64,000 nucleotides of DNA from an uncultured Gemmatimonadales bacterium (GTDB taxonomy: Bacteria > Gemmatimonadota > Gemmatimonadetes > Gemmatimonadales > Gemmatimonadaceae). Below the pieces are notes generated by a model that ran no database searches, had not been told where the DNA came from, and saw nothing but the letters and a program-made list of their open reading frames with translations. The translations under genes were made by a program, and so were the position numbers. Positions 1 through 10,017 of the stretch are shown here, piece after piece. The stretch lies in the NCBI GenBank assembly GCA_963701965.1, contig OY969695.1, positions 3,904,001 to 3,968,000 on the forward strand, read 5' to 3'. Numbering within the stretch: the first letter of the stretch is position 1; each line of letters starts with the position of its first letter.

Positions 1-72
1 AGAGCCAGACTTGCGGCGACGAAACGGATCGACATGTGGGAGTGCCTCGTCAAAGGGGGACCGAGCTGTATT

Positions 73-903
73 CTACGCCACGGCCTGGAGCGGCGCAGTG
101 GCGGGATTGCGGCGCAGGTACATCCAGAGCGCTCCGCCGGCCGAGAAGGCCAGCGCGATGAGTTGGGCGGTCGTGAGCGGCCCGAAGAAGCGGTCGTCCT
201 TGGCCCGGAAAAACTCGACTATGAAGCGCTCGATGCCGGCGAGGACACAATACAGCCCGAACAGCCAGCCTTCCGCGTGGCGGTGATTCCGGTTGCGCCA
301 CAGCACGAGGAACATGATAAATCCCATCGTGACCTCGAACAGCTGCGTGGGATAGACGGAGAGCACGTCGGTCGGCGCGACGTTGGCGCCGACCCGGACG
401 TGAAATTCCTCCGCCATGTTGGCAGCGGTCGACGGGGGCGCGCCCTCGGGGAACTGCACGGCCCAGTGAGACGTCCACGGGCGCCCGTAGTCGTCCCCGA
501 CCGCCCAACATCCGGTCCGCCCGATCGCGTAGGCCGCGGCCAGGCCCGGCGCGGCGGCGTCGCTGATCGTGGCGAATCGCCAACCCTTGAAGCGGATCAC
601 GGCCCAACTGGCGATGATCCCGCCGATCAAGCCGCCCCAGAACACGAAGCCGGCCCGATGAAAGATCTCCGTGAAATCCCCGCGCAGGATCGCGTAGTAC
701 ACCTTGGCCCCCACCAGGCCGCCGACCACGGCGCCGAGCAGGACGTCGTTCGTCACTTCCGGATCGCGTCCCCGTTCGGCCAGAATGTGGGCCGAGGAGA
801 TCTGCGCAATCCAGAACGCGAACAGCACGGCCAGACCAAAGCCGGTGAGCTGGAAGATCCAGACGTGAAACTCGAACGGGTGGTGCACGATGGACGTGGG
901 CAT
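73..903 (-). CDS. lgt: Prolipoprotein diacylglyceryl transferase
   Basis: Multi-TM protein with Lgt motifs GAKVYY, GFVFWGGLIGG, AIGRTGC, YPTQLFE, RFIVEFFR. Confidence 0.9.
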   Translation of the reverse strand: MPTSIVHHPFEFHVWIFQLTGFGLAVLFAFWIAQISSAHILAERGRDPEVTNDVLLGAVVGGLVGAKVYYAILRGDFTEIFHRAGFVFWGGLIGGIIASWAVIRFKGWRFATISDAAAPGLAAAYAIGRTGCWAVGDDYGRPWTSHWAVQFPEGAPPSTAANMAEEFHVRVGANVAPTDVLSVYPTQLFEVTMGFIMFLVLWRNRNHRHAEGWLFGLYCVLAGIERFIVEFFRAKDDRFFGPLTTAQLIALAFSAGGALWMYLRRNPATAPLQAVA

Positions 904-905
904 AT

Positions 906-1931
906 CTAGGCGGCTACCAGGCCGGGAAGAGGAAGCGTCGCGTAGGCATTGAGATCCGGCCCTCCGCGATCGCCGTGTGCGAGACGAAACAGTCCGGTGC
1001 GGGCGATCATCGCGGCATTGTCGGTCGCCAGTCGCGCGCCCGGCGCGAAGACTCCTACGCCATCGGGCCCCAGCCGTTCCCGCATGACATCCACGAGCGC
1101 CCGGTTGCAGGCCACGCCGCCGCCGAGCACGACGCGCTGGCGTGCATACGCGCGCGTGGCGCGCGCGGTTTTTTCGACCAGGGTCTCGATCAGCGCGTCC
1201 TGGAACCCCCGCGCGAGGTCGGCCGGGGCATGGGCGCCGAGGGCTTGCCGGACCGCGGTCTTGAGACCGCTGAACGACACGTCATAGTAGTCCGCGTCGC
1301 CGGGTCGCTGGTCGCGCCGGAGCATTGGTCGGGTGAAGCGGGCCCGCGACGGGTCGCCTGTTGCCGCCAACCGTTCGACATGCCGCCCGCCAGGGTAGGG
1401 CAGTCCCAGCATCTTGGCGACTTTGTCGAATGCTTCGCCCGCCGCATCGTCGCGCGTCGCGCCCAGCAGCCGGTACTCACCCCACGCGGCGACGTCGATC
1501 AACAAGGTGTGGCCGCCCGACACCAACAGGGCGGTGAAAGGGGGAACCGCGTCCGCGTGCTCGAGCGACGCGGCGAACAGGTGCCCCTCCATGTGGTGGA
1601 CGGGCACCAAGGGTACCCCGAGCGCCGCGGCCAGTCCCTTGGCGTAGCTCAACCCGACGAGCAGCGCGCCAATCAAACCCGGCGCGTGGGTCACCGCGAT
1701 AGCGTCGAGTTGCCCGATGGGAATCCCGGCCTCGGCGAGGGCCCGTTCGACCACGGGGACGATGCTCGTCATGTGCGCGCGGGCGGCAATCTCGGGAACG
1801 ACGCCGCCAAACACGGTGTGGACATCCTGGGAGAGAATCACCAGCGACCGCAGCGTCGCCCCGGCGCCCGCGCTCTCCATGACCGCGGCCAATGTCTCAT
1901 CGCAGGACGTCTCGAGCCCCAAGATGTGCAT
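906..1931 (-). CDS. tsaD: tRNA N6-adenosine threonylcarbamoyltransferase
   Basis: ILGLETSCDET, GGVVPEIAARAH, HHMEGH, SGGHT, DDAAGEAFDK, TDNAAMI. Confidence 0.97.
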   Translation of the reverse strand: MHILGLETSCDETLAAVMESAGAGATLRSLVILSQDVHTVFGGVVPEIAARAHMTSIVPVVERALAEAGIPIGQLDAIAVTHAPGLIGALLVGLSYAKGLAAALGVPLVPVHHMEGHLFAASLEHADAVPPFTALLVSGGHTLLIDVAAWGEYRLLGATRDDAAGEAFDKVAKMLGLPYPGGRHVERLAATGDPSRARFTRPMLRRDQRPGDADYYDVSFSGLKTAVRQALGAHAPADLARGFQDALIETLVEKTARATRAYARQRVVLGGGVACNRALVDVMRERLGPDGVGVFAPGARLATDNAAMIARTGLFRLAHGDRGGPDLNAYATLPLPGLVAA

Positions 1932-1935
1932 GCGG

Positions 1936-2046
1936 TCAGCGACGGAGGTGCGTGAAGAGCCACAAAGCGACGGCCAGAAAGAGCGCGACGGCCTTGTAGC
2001 CCAAACGTTCGGTGAAGGCCGCGACGAGCCACTTGCGCAGATTCAC
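1936..2046 (-). CDS. 36-aa membrane peptide resembling the N-terminal anchor of CdaR/YbbR
   Basis: GTG overlaps the upstream TGA (GTGA); VNLRKWLVAAFTERLGYKAVALFLAVALWLFTHLRR fills the gap to tsaD. Confidence 0.55.
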   Translation of the reverse strand: MNLRKWLVAAFTERLGYKAVALFLAVALWLFTHLRR

Positions 2047-2594
2047 GACGCCGGCTCCCGCAGCAGTTGCGCGATCAAGGCCCGATCGCCGGGCGAATCC
2101 CAATCCGAGGCGCCGATGACTTTCTTCCGGATGACGCCATCGCGCCCGATGACGAACGTCTCGGGAAACCCGGTCGTCTGATATTCGCGTGCCACGCCCA
2201 GCTTGGGATCCCACAGAATGTCGAACGTCAGCTGGTGCCGCGCCACGAACGCGCGGACGATCGAGTCGGTCGGTGTCGTGTCGACGCTGACGGCGACGAT
2301 CTTGAGGCCCTGGGACGCGAAGTCGCGGTACAGCCGCTCGATCGACGGCATCTCCACGACGCAGGGCGGACACCACGTCGCCCAAATGTTGAGCAGCACC
2401 ACCGAGCCCCGATAGTCGGCGAGACGGCGCGGGTGTGGGGTTTCACCTACCGTGGCGGCACTGAAGTCCGGCGCCCGCGACCCGGGCGAGACGAGGAAAA
2501 TTTCGTCCCTATCCCAGCGCAGCACCGCGAACACCCCCACCGCCAGTACGGCGATGAGTGCCGTCACGACGGCGACCTGCCGGCGCAGGGTCAC
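2043..2594 (-). CDS. TlpA/ResA-family thiol-disulfide oxidoreductase
   Basis: N-terminal TM, LLNIWATWCPPCVVEMP, GFPETFVIGRDG; GTG overlaps rpe stop. Confidence 0.9.
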   Translation of the reverse strand: MTLRRQVAVVTALIAVLAVGVFAVLRWDRDEIFLVSPGSRAPDFSAATVGETPHPRRLADYRGSVVLLNIWATWCPPCVVEMPSIERLYRDFASQGLKIVAVSVDTTPTDSIVRAFVARHQLTFDILWDPKLGVAREYQTTGFPETFVIGRDGVIRKKVIGASDWDSPGDRALIAQLLREPAS

Positions 2595-3259
2595 ACGACC
2601 TCCGCGGCCGCCCGCCGGCGCAGCTCCCCGATCTCGGCGCGCGGGTCCGGCGCGGAGAACAACGCGTTGCCCGCGACGAACGCGTTCGCTCCCGCACGAT
2701 AGCACGCGGAGATGACATCGCGGTTGATCCCGCCGTCCACTTCGAGGACCGCGCGGCTCCGCGTCGCCGTGAGCAACGCGCGCGCGCGCGCGATTTTGTC
2801 GACGCTCCCCGGGATGAACTGCTGTCCCCCGAACCCGGGGTTCACCGTCATGACCAGCACGGTATCGAGGTCGCCGGCGAGATCGGCGAGGGCTTCCACG
2901 GGCGTACCGGGATTGATCGCAACGCCCGCGGCACAACCCAGCTCCTGGATGTGGTGCACATGCCGGTGCACGTGCGGCGTCGCCTCGGCATGAATGATCA
3001 TCCGCGACGCCCCCGCGCCCGCGAAGGCGTCGATGTAGCGTTCGGGCTGCCACACCATGAGATGCACGTCGAGCGGCAACGCGGTCACGGAGCGAACGGC
3101 GGCGATCACCCCGGCGCCGAACGTGAGGTTGGGCACGAACTGCCCATCCATGACGTCGACGTGAAACCAGTCGGCGCCCCCTGCTTCCATCCGCGCGATG
3201 TCATCGGCCAGCCGCGCGAAATTCGCGCTCAGGATCGAGGGCAGGATGCGCACGCTCAC
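2591..3259 (-). CDS. rpe: Ribulose-phosphate 3-epimerase
   Basis: PSILSA, HVDVMDGQFVPNLTFG, DVHLMV, MTVNPGFGGQ, EVDGG. Confidence 0.97.
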   Translation of the reverse strand: MSVRILPSILSANFARLADDIARMEAGGADWFHVDVMDGQFVPNLTFGAGVIAAVRSVTALPLDVHLMVWQPERYIDAFAGAGASRMIIHAEATPHVHRHVHHIQELGCAAGVAINPGTPVEALADLAGDLDTVLVMTVNPGFGGQQFIPGSVDKIARARALLTATRSRAVLEVDGGINRDVISACYRAGANAFVAGNALFSAPDPRAEIGELRRRAAAEVV

Positions 3260-3993
3260 GGGAGCCGTCCCGCGACCGTGAGCGCGACGCCGCTGCCGGC
3301 TTGGACGGTCGATCCTCCGACCGGACTCTGAGCCATGATGGTCCCCTCGGGGTCCGCGGACGCGGAGTCGACCATGACGGCCCCGGCGTGGAGGCCGAGC
3401 TGCTCGATCGTGGACCGGGCCTGCGCGAATGGCTGGCCTACGAGATCGGGGAGGACCACCGTGGTCGGTCCCGAGCTCACGAGCATCGTCACGATCGACG
3501 GAAGCACGGCCATCGTACCGGCGACCGGCGTCGTCTCCAGGACTTCGCCGCGGGGCAGTGGACTCTCGTGCAGAGTCACGTCGCCCATCGTGAGGCCGAC
3601 CTTTTCCAGCAGGAGCTGCGCTTGCTGTTGGGTGAGCCCGACGACGTTGGGCACCTCGGTGCGCCGCTCGCCGGCACTCAAGTCGAGCACGATCTTCGAC
3701 CCGCGCGCGCCGGGCGCGCCCGCGTTCGGCGTCTGCTGCAACACGGTCGATTTCGGGCTGCCGACGTTGTACCGCGACTCGCCTTGCTCCGCCTTGAATC
3801 CGGCCGCGTTCAGCTTGTGCACGGCATCGTCATACGTCAGACCGAGCACGTTCGGAATCTTGAGCTCCTCGGGGACGAGCCGGGCGGGGAAGAGGAAAAA
3901 GAAGACCACCAGATAGGCGATCAAAAACCCGCCGCAGGCGGTGATCACGTACGGCAGGAGACGTCGAGCGTCGGCCAGCGACGGCCGGCTCAC
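3256..3993 (-). CDS. Membrane-anchored PASTA-domain protein (3 repeats)
   Basis: TM helix, then repeats IPNVLGL, VPNVVGL, LPDLVGQ. Confidence 0.88.
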   Translation of the reverse strand: MSRPSLADARRLLPYVITACGGFLIAYLVVFFFLFPARLVPEELKIPNVLGLTYDDAVHKLNAAGFKAEQGESRYNVGSPKSTVLQQTPNAGAPGARGSKIVLDLSAGERRTEVPNVVGLTQQQAQLLLEKVGLTMGDVTLHESPLPRGEVLETTPVAGTMAVLPSIVTMLVSSGPTTVVLPDLVGQPFAQARSTIEQLGLHAGAVMVDSASADPEGTIMAQSPVGGSTVQAGSGVALTVAGRLP

Positions 3994-5348
3994 GACAGGG
4001 CCGCCCTCCGGAGGCGCGCGGCAAACGCGCCATCAGTCCCGTGCCGTTGCGGCAGCACGCGGAGCCGCCCGGCATCGAGCACGGCGGCCGGTACGGCACC
4101 GTCGGGCGGCGGCTCCAAAGCCCAGTCGGGATGCTCGGCCAGAAACGCTTCGATCTGGGCGTCGTTCTCTTCGGGCTCGAGGGAGCACGTGGCGTAGATG
4201 AGCAGGCCGCCGGGGCGCACGATGTGCGCGGCCGCCCGCAAAATCCCGCGCTGCAGGCCACTCAATCCGATCAGATCGGACGCCTTGAGCCGCCAGCGGG
4301 CATCGGGATGACGCCGGAAGGTCCCGGTCCCGGTGCACGGCACGTCCACCAGCACGGCATCGACCGGGCTCAAGGGCGGCGCCTGTCCCTCGGCGGCCAC
4401 GACCTGCACGTTGCGCGCTTCGACGCGCCGCACGTTCGCTACCAGCCGCTGCAGGCGGGCGAACGAGCGGTCGGCAGCGATCACCAGCGCCGCGGTGCGG
4501 GTCAGCTCCAGTGTCTTTCCCCCGGGTGCGGCGCAGAGATCGGCGACGGTAGCGCCGGCCGGAATGCACGCGTACTGGGTCACCAGCGTCGCCGCCGGGT
4601 CTTGGATGAAGAACAAGCCCTGGCGAAAGGCGCCCAACTCGGTCAGCGCGGCGGGCGTGCTGATCTGGATGCTGTCGCGCACGAGCGGCGTCTCTTCCAC
4701 CCGCACGCCCGCCGATTCCAGCATCGCCTCCAATTGCTCGCGCACCACGCCGTAGGGGCGGATGACGATTGGGGCCTCGCGATTGTTGGCCCGCAGCAGC
4801 TGCCGGGTCTCGTCCGCGCCCCAGCGGCCCACCCATCGCGCGACCAGCCACCGCGGATGCGAGTACGACTGCGCCAGCGCGTCCAGGGGATCGCTGGGAC
4901 TCTGACTCTGCAGGCCGCCGGGCTCGTCGCGCTCCCGGTCGAGCCGGCGCAGCACCGCGTTCACCAACTTGCTGGCGCCGAGGCCGTGCCGCCGCTTCGC
5001 CAACTCGACGGTCTGGGCGATCGCGGCGTATGGCGGCACGCTGCCCATGAATAGGAGCTGATACGCGCCGAGGCGGAGCAGATCCGCGATGTCGGCGTCG
5101 AGCCGGGCGAGACCGCCGCGCACCCGCGCCGCGAGTAGGGCGTCGAGCTGCGAGCGGCGCCGGAGCATGCCATAGACGAGCTCCTGCGTCCACCGCCGGT
5201 CCCGGGCGTCGAGGCGATCGACCCGGGCCTCGAAGGCGGGGTCGAGCAGCGCTCCGCCCCGAAGCTCGGCACAGGTGTCGGCCGCCGCCACGCGCGAATC
5301 GGTCACGCCGCCAACTGGCGCGCGAACGGCCGAAGGCTGCTCGGTCAC
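3990..5348 (-). CDS. rsmB: 16S rRNA m5C967 methyltransferase
   Basis: NusB-like N-terminus (LVNAVLR), SHPRWL, DLCAAPGGK, DVPCTGTG, YATCSL; GTG overlaps thiG stop. Confidence 0.93.
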   Translation of the reverse strand: MTEQPSAVRAPVGGVTDSRVAAADTCAELRGGALLDPAFEARVDRLDARDRRWTQELVYGMLRRRSQLDALLAARVRGGLARLDADIADLLRLGAYQLLFMGSVPPYAAIAQTVELAKRRHGLGASKLVNAVLRRLDRERDEPGGLQSQSPSDPLDALAQSYSHPRWLVARWVGRWGADETRQLLRANNREAPIVIRPYGVVREQLEAMLESAGVRVEETPLVRDSIQISTPAALTELGAFRQGLFFIQDPAATLVTQYACIPAGATVADLCAAPGGKTLELTRTAALVIAADRSFARLQRLVANVRRVEARNVQVVAAEGQAPPLSPVDAVLVDVPCTGTGTFRRHPDARWRLKASDLIGLSGLQRGILRAAAHIVRPGGLLIYATCSLEPEENDAQIEAFLAEHPDWALEPPPDGAVPAAVLDAGRLRVLPQRHGTDGAFAARLRRAALS

Positions 5349-6139
5349 GTCAGGTGCCCGGTGGTCGGTGACGACGGCACGGCGACCTCCCGCCGCGGCA
5401 TGCGGCCCGCGAGATACGCCAGGCGCCCAGCCTCGATCCCGAGGCGCATGGCGTCGGCCATGAGGACCGGATCTTGCGCGGCGGCGATCCCTGTGTTCAT
5501 GAGTACGCCATCCACGCCCTGTTCCATCGTCAGGCAGGCATCGGAGGCCGTGCCCACGCCGGCATCGACGATGACGGGTACCGCCAGCCGGTGCTTGATC
5601 GTGCGGACCGAGTAGGGATTCAACAGACCAAGGCCGGACCCGATCGGCGATGCCAGCGGCATGACGGCGACCGCGCCGGCGTCCTCGAGGCGCAGGGCCG
5701 TGATCAGATCGTCGTTGGTGTAGGCCATGATCTTGAACCCCTCGGCGGCCAGCACGCGCGTCGCCTCCACGGTCCCAACAGGATCGGGCAGCAGGGTCTC
5801 TTGGTCGGCGATGACCTCGAGCTTGACCCACTCGTTGAACCCGGCGGCCCGGGCGAGACGCGCGTAGCGCGTCGCCTCGGCGACTGTCCCGCACCCGGCC
5901 GTATTGGCCAGTAGAAAAAACTTCGCTGGATCGAGGTGATGCAGCACACCGGCGTCTTTCGTCCGGTCGAGATCGACACGCCGAACCGCGACAGTCACGA
6001 CCTCGGCGCCCGAGGCCTCGATCGCGCGCACCATCAGGTCGTTCGACGCGTACTTGCCGGTGCCGACCATGAGACGCGACCGGAACTCGCGTCCGGCGAT
6101 CGTCAAGGCGTCGACATGCGGCAGGGTCAGGGTCGCCAC
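5345..6139 (-). CDS. thiG: Thiazole synthase
   Basis: SRLMVGTGKY, NTAGC, VKLEVI, MPLASPIGSGLG, DAGVG; start set at GTG 6139. Confidence 0.95.
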   Translation of the reverse strand: MATLTLPHVDALTIAGREFRSRLMVGTGKYASNDLMVRAIEASGAEVVTVAVRRVDLDRTKDAGVLHHLDPAKFFLLANTAGCGTVAEATRYARLARAAGFNEWVKLEVIADQETLLPDPVGTVEATRVLAAEGFKIMAYTNDDLITALRLEDAGAVAVMPLASPIGSGLGLLNPYSVRTIKHRLAVPVIVDAGVGTASDACLTMEQGVDGVLMNTGIAAAQDPVLMADAMRLGIEAGRLAYLAGRMPRREVAVPSSPTTGHLT

Positions 6140-6143
6140 GCCG

Positions 6144-6377
6144 TCACCCTCCGCCCACGAAGTGCACAAGCTCCAGCACGTCGCCCCCGCCCAGCGCGAG
6201 GGTCGCGAACCCCGTGCGGTCACGGAGGATAACGCCGTTGTGCTCGACGACGATCATGCGCGCGTCGAGGCCCAGCCCGTCGAGCAGTCCGGCCAGCGTC
6301 GTCCCCGCCGCGACGGCGCGGAGGCAGCCGTTCACGGTGAGAGGGACTCGCGCCTCTGGCGCCTCGACCGGGACCAT
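6144..6377 (-). CDS. thiS: Sulfur carrier protein
   Basis: LTVNG...VVEHNG...LELVHFVGGG with C-terminal GG; directly upstream of thiG. Confidence 0.92.
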   Translation of the reverse strand: MVPVEAPEARVPLTVNGCLRAVAAGTTLAGLLDGLGLDARMIVVEHNGVILRDRTGFATLALGGGDVLELVHFVGGG

Positions 6378-6418
6378 GGCCGAAATATAGCGCCGGGCGC
6401 CAAAAGGAGTCTCACGGG

Positions 6419-7834
6419 CTACACCAGCGTGCCCCCGAGGACCGCGTAGGCGATGGAGAAGTAGATCAGGAGTCCCGTGACGTCGACGAGCGTCGCCACG
6501 AACGGCGCCGAGGCGCTGGCGGGATCGAATCCCAGGCGCTTGAGGAGGAAGGGCAGCATCGAGCCGGCCAGCGACCCGAAACCGACGATCCCGATCAGCG
6601 CCACGCCGATCGTCGTGGCGATTAAGGGCCAGTGGGGGCCGTAGTCGAACAAGTGCAGATTCTGCCACAACGCGACCCGGATGAATCCGATGACGCCGAG
6701 GATGCCGCCCAGGGTCAGTCCGGTCGGCAGCTCCCGGGCGGCGATGCGCCACCAGTCGCCGAGGGTGATCTCGCGGAGTGCCAACGCCCGGATGATCAAT
6801 GACGTCGCCTGCGAGCCGGAGTTGCCGCCCGAGCTCATCACCAGCGGGATGAACAGGGACAGGACGACGGCGCGGGCGATGAGGCCCTCGAAGTGCTGCA
6901 TCGCGGTCGCGGTCAGCATCTCGCTCAGGAACAGCGCGCACAGCCACCCGGCGCGCTTGCGGATCATGAGGCCAAAGCCGATCTGCAGATAGGGCTCGTC
7001 GATGGCTTCCAAGCCGCCCATGCGGTGCACGTCCTCGGTCTGTTCGCGCACGATCGCGTCGATGACGTCGTCGAACGTGACGAGTCCGATCGGCCGGTGC
7101 TCCTCGTCGACGACGGGGATCGCGACCAGGTTGTACTTGGAGAGGAGGCGGGCGACGTCGTCGCGCGATGTCTCCGGGTGCACCTCGATCGGCGCCCGCG
7201 GTTGGCACGCCGACAGCACGGGCGTCGGTCCGTCGGCCACCAACAGCTCGCGCAGCGAGATGGCGTGTACGAGGTGCCCATCCCCGGGGTCCACGAGGTA
7301 CACGACGTAGATCGTCTCGGCGCCGTGGGCGTGGTGGCGCACGAAGTCGAGTGTCTGGGTCACCGTCCAGTCGCTGGGGACGGCCAGGAGCTCGGTCGTC
7401 ATGATGCCGCCAGCGGTGTCCGGCGCGTAGCGCAGTAGCAAGTCGAGCCCGCGGCGGGTCGGCGCGTCCAACGTGGGCAGCAGGCGTTGGCGGTCGCGCG
7501 CGGGAAGGTCGCGGAAGACATCGGCCAGCTGGTCGGCCGACATCGCCTCCAACAACCGGGTCGCCGCGGTCGTGTCGGCGTGGCCGATGATACCGGCTTT
7601 GTTCGTCAGCTCCGGCTGGTCGAGCACGGCGACGGCCTGCTCGAAGGGCAACGCCTCGATCAGCCGGGCCGCGCCCGCCTCGTCGGACATCCGGCTCAAG
7701 GCATCGGCGATCTCGGCCGGCCGCAGGTACCGCGACGCGCTCCGAAGGGCGTCCGGGCCGGCATTGGCGAGCTGGGTCAACGCCAGCGCGACGTCGAAGC
7801 GCTCACCGTGCGGGTGGGGTTCGGAAGGGGTCAT
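6419..7834 (-). CDS. mgtE: Magnesium transporter
   Basis: TAGGIMTTE, CBS pair, GGNSGSQA, DPASASAPFVATLVDVTG. Confidence 0.95.
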   Translation of the reverse strand: MTPSEPHPHGERFDVALALTQLANAGPDALRSASRYLRPAEIADALSRMSDEAGAARLIEALPFEQAVAVLDQPELTNKAGIIGHADTTAATRLLEAMSADQLADVFRDLPARDRQRLLPTLDAPTRRGLDLLLRYAPDTAGGIMTTELLAVPSDWTVTQTLDFVRHHAHGAETIYVVYLVDPGDGHLVHAISLRELLVADGPTPVLSACQPRAPIEVHPETSRDDVARLLSKYNLVAIPVVDEEHRPIGLVTFDDVIDAIVREQTEDVHRMGGLEAIDEPYLQIGFGLMIRKRAGWLCALFLSEMLTATAMQHFEGLIARAVVLSLFIPLVMSSGGNSGSQATSLIIRALALREITLGDWWRIAARELPTGLTLGGILGVIGFIRVALWQNLHLFDYGPHWPLIATTIGVALIGIVGFGSLAGSMLPFLLKRLGFDPASASAPFVATLVDVTGLLIYFSIAYAVLGGTLV

Positions 7835-7870
7835 GGCGAGAGTGCATAGTGTCGGGAGATCACGGCACCG

Positions 7871-8494
7871 TCACGGCGCGAACCCCCCAAGATAGGTCGC
7901 CACGGCTTGTTCGACGCCTGCCGGCGCGTCCCAAACACCGCGGACCACGGCCACTCCGTATGCCCCGGCGTCGCGCAACGCGGCGATGTCGGAGGGCCGA
8001 ACCCCGCCGATCGCGACGACGGGCACACGCGATACGGTGCCAACGGCACGGATAAACGAAAGGCCCCGGCCCCGACCCTCGTGTGAAGGGGTCGCGAACA
8101 CATGTCCGGCCATCACCCAATCGGCGCCGGCCTCGCTCGCCGCGACGGCTTCGTCGGCGGTGTGCACGCTGACCCCGACGCGGAGCGTCGGCGCCACGCG
8201 CCGGACTTCGGCGACGGTCAGCGATCGGCGACCCACCTGCACGCCGAGCGCCCGCGCCGCGCGCGCCACGTCCAACCGGTCGTTGACCACGAGCCACGCG
8301 CCGGCGCCGGCGGCGACCGGCGCTAGCGCCGCCGCGAGACCGTAGACCGTGCGGCCGGGGAGCCCGTGCCCGCGCAGGTGGAGCGCCCCTCGCGACCCCA
8401 GGGTCTGGAGCGCCACCCTCGCCCGCTCCACGAAGTCCGGTGCTTGCACGACGCGATCGTCGGTGACGACGTGCAGCATCGGCGCGACGATCAC
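7871..8494 (-). CDS. thiE: Thiamine-phosphate synthase / TenI family
   Basis: VVNDRLDVA, GVSVH, GHVFATPSH, VAIGG; GTG overlaps fmt stop; could be the TenI paralogue. Confidence 0.75.
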   Translation of the reverse strand: MIVAPMLHVVTDDRVVQAPDFVERARVALQTLGSRGALHLRGHGLPGRTVYGLAAALAPVAAGAGAWLVVNDRLDVARAARALGVQVGRRSLTVAEVRRVAPTLRVGVSVHTADEAVAASEAGADWVMAGHVFATPSHEGRGRGLSFIRAVGTVSRVPVVAIGGVRPSDIAALRDAGAYGVAVVRGVWDAPAGVEQAVATYLGGFAP

Positions 8495-9432
8495 GGGCCG
8501 AGCTGATCCCCGATGACGATCGCCCGCCCGCGGGCCCACTCGGCGGGCGTCATGCGCGGCTTGCCCGCCGGTTGGACGTACTGCACGACGATCGCGCCCT
8601 CGCCGCAGGCGACGGTCAGACCGGCATCATCGGCCGCGAGCACGGCGCCCGGTGGATGGCCATCGGCGGCATGGGCCGGGGCGGCTGGCGCGCCAAAGAG
8701 TTTGACCTCGGCGCCGCGCAGTGTCGTGAACGCGCCGGGTTTGGGATCGTAGGCGCGGATGACGCGCGAGACGCGGCTCGCCGGCTGCGTCCAATCGACG
8801 CGCGCATGATCGCGATCCACCTTCGGGGCATACGTGGCCGCCGCCTCGTCCTGGCGCTGCTCGATCGCCACGCCGAGCTGTACGAGGGCCAGGGCCTCGA
8901 TGAGCGCGAGCGCGCCCAACTCGGCCAGTCGCAGCGCCAACTCGCCGTACGTCTCATCGTCGGCGACGGGCGTGGCGCGCCGCAGCAGCATCGGGCCGGC
9001 GTCGAGTGCGGGGACCAGCCGCATGATCGTGACGCCCGTCTCCGTGCATCCGGCGAGGATCGCCGCCTGGATCGGCGCCGCGCCTCGGAGTTGGGGGAGC
9101 AGCGACGCGTGCACGTTGAAGGTGCCGAGCGGCGGCATGTCGATCAGCGCGGTCGACAGGATGCGGCCGTAGGCGACGACGATCGAGATATCGGGTTCCA
9201 AGGCCTCGACCGCGCGCAGAAACTCCGGAGTCCGCGGCTGCTCCGGCTGCAGGACCGGAATGCCTTCTTCGGTCGCGATCGCCTTGACAGGCGAGGGGAC
9301 GAGTCGGGAGCGCGATCGCCCCTGGGCGCGATCCGGTTGCGTAACGACGCCGACGACATCGTGCCCTTCCCCGATGAGGGCCAGGAGCGACGGCGCCGCG
9401 AACTCCGGTGTCCCCCAGAACAGGATGCGCAC
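8491..9432 (-). CDS. fmt: Methionyl-tRNA formyltransferase
   Basis: FWGTPEFA, VTQPDR, NVHASLLPQLRGAAPIQ, LDAGP. Confidence 0.97.
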   Translation of the reverse strand: MRILFWGTPEFAAPSLLALIGEGHDVVGVVTQPDRAQGRSRSRLVPSPVKAIATEEGIPVLQPEQPRTPEFLRAVEALEPDISIVVAYGRILSTALIDMPPLGTFNVHASLLPQLRGAAPIQAAILAGCTETGVTIMRLVPALDAGPMLLRRATPVADDETYGELALRLAELGALALIEALALVQLGVAIEQRQDEAAATYAPKVDRDHARVDWTQPASRVSRVIRAYDPKPGAFTTLRGAEVKLFGAPAAPAHAADGHPPGAVLAADDAGLTVACGEGAIVVQYVQPAGKPRMTPAEWARGRAIVIGDQLGP

Positions 9433-10017
9433 TTAGAGGTCGTCGGCCGTGCCAGGATCGTCGTCGCGGTGCCGGCGCGAGTCGCGGCCATTCTCTCCGG
9501 GCCGCACGGTGCGGAGCAGGGCAGGATAGGCGCCTTTCTCCTCGTCCCACAGCGCCAACGCCGCCTTTTTCTTGAGCACGCTCAGATAATCGATGAACAG
9601 CTTGCCGTGCAGATGATCGACCTCGTGCTGGATGCAGCGGGCCAGCAACTCGGCCGCCTCGATCTGAAACGGTCGACCCTCGCGATCGAGCGCCCGCACG
9701 ACGACATGCGCGGGGCGCTCCACATCACCGTAGATCTCGGGGATCGACAGACACCCTTCCTCGGCCTTGGCCGACCCCTCCACGTCCACGATCTCCGGGT
9801 TGACGAAGACGAGCGGATGCTGGCGATCCACGTCGATCACCGTCACCCGCTCGAGTCGTCCAACCTGCGGCGCCGCCAACCCGATCCCGTGGGCCGCGTA
9901 CATGGTCTCGAACATGTCGTCGATCAGTCGCTGCAGATCCTGGTCGATCGTCTCCACGGGCGTGGTCTCCTTGCGCAAAACCGGGGACCCCAGCACGTGG
10001 ATATCGAGCAGACTCAT
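9433..10017 (-). CDS. def: Peptide deformylase
   Basis: GIGLAAPQ, EGCLS, QHEVDH. Confidence 0.97.
   Translation of the reverse strand: MSLLDIHVLGSPVLRKETTPVETIDQDLQRLIDDMFETMYAAHGIGLAAPQVGRLERVTVIDVDRQHPLVFVNPEIVDVEGSAKAEEGCLSIPEIYGDVERPAHVVVRALDREGRPFQIEAAELLARCIQHEVDHLHGKLFIDYLSVLKKKAALALWDEEKGAYPALLRTVRPGENGRDSRRHRDDDPGTADDL

Noticed and set aside
3990..7208. Apparent long fusion ORFs (634-aa rsmB, 354-aa thiS; likewise 47842-49545 and 55318-57582)
   Set aside because: The N-terminal extensions are off-frame read-through of upstream genes; the real starts lie at the overlaps.
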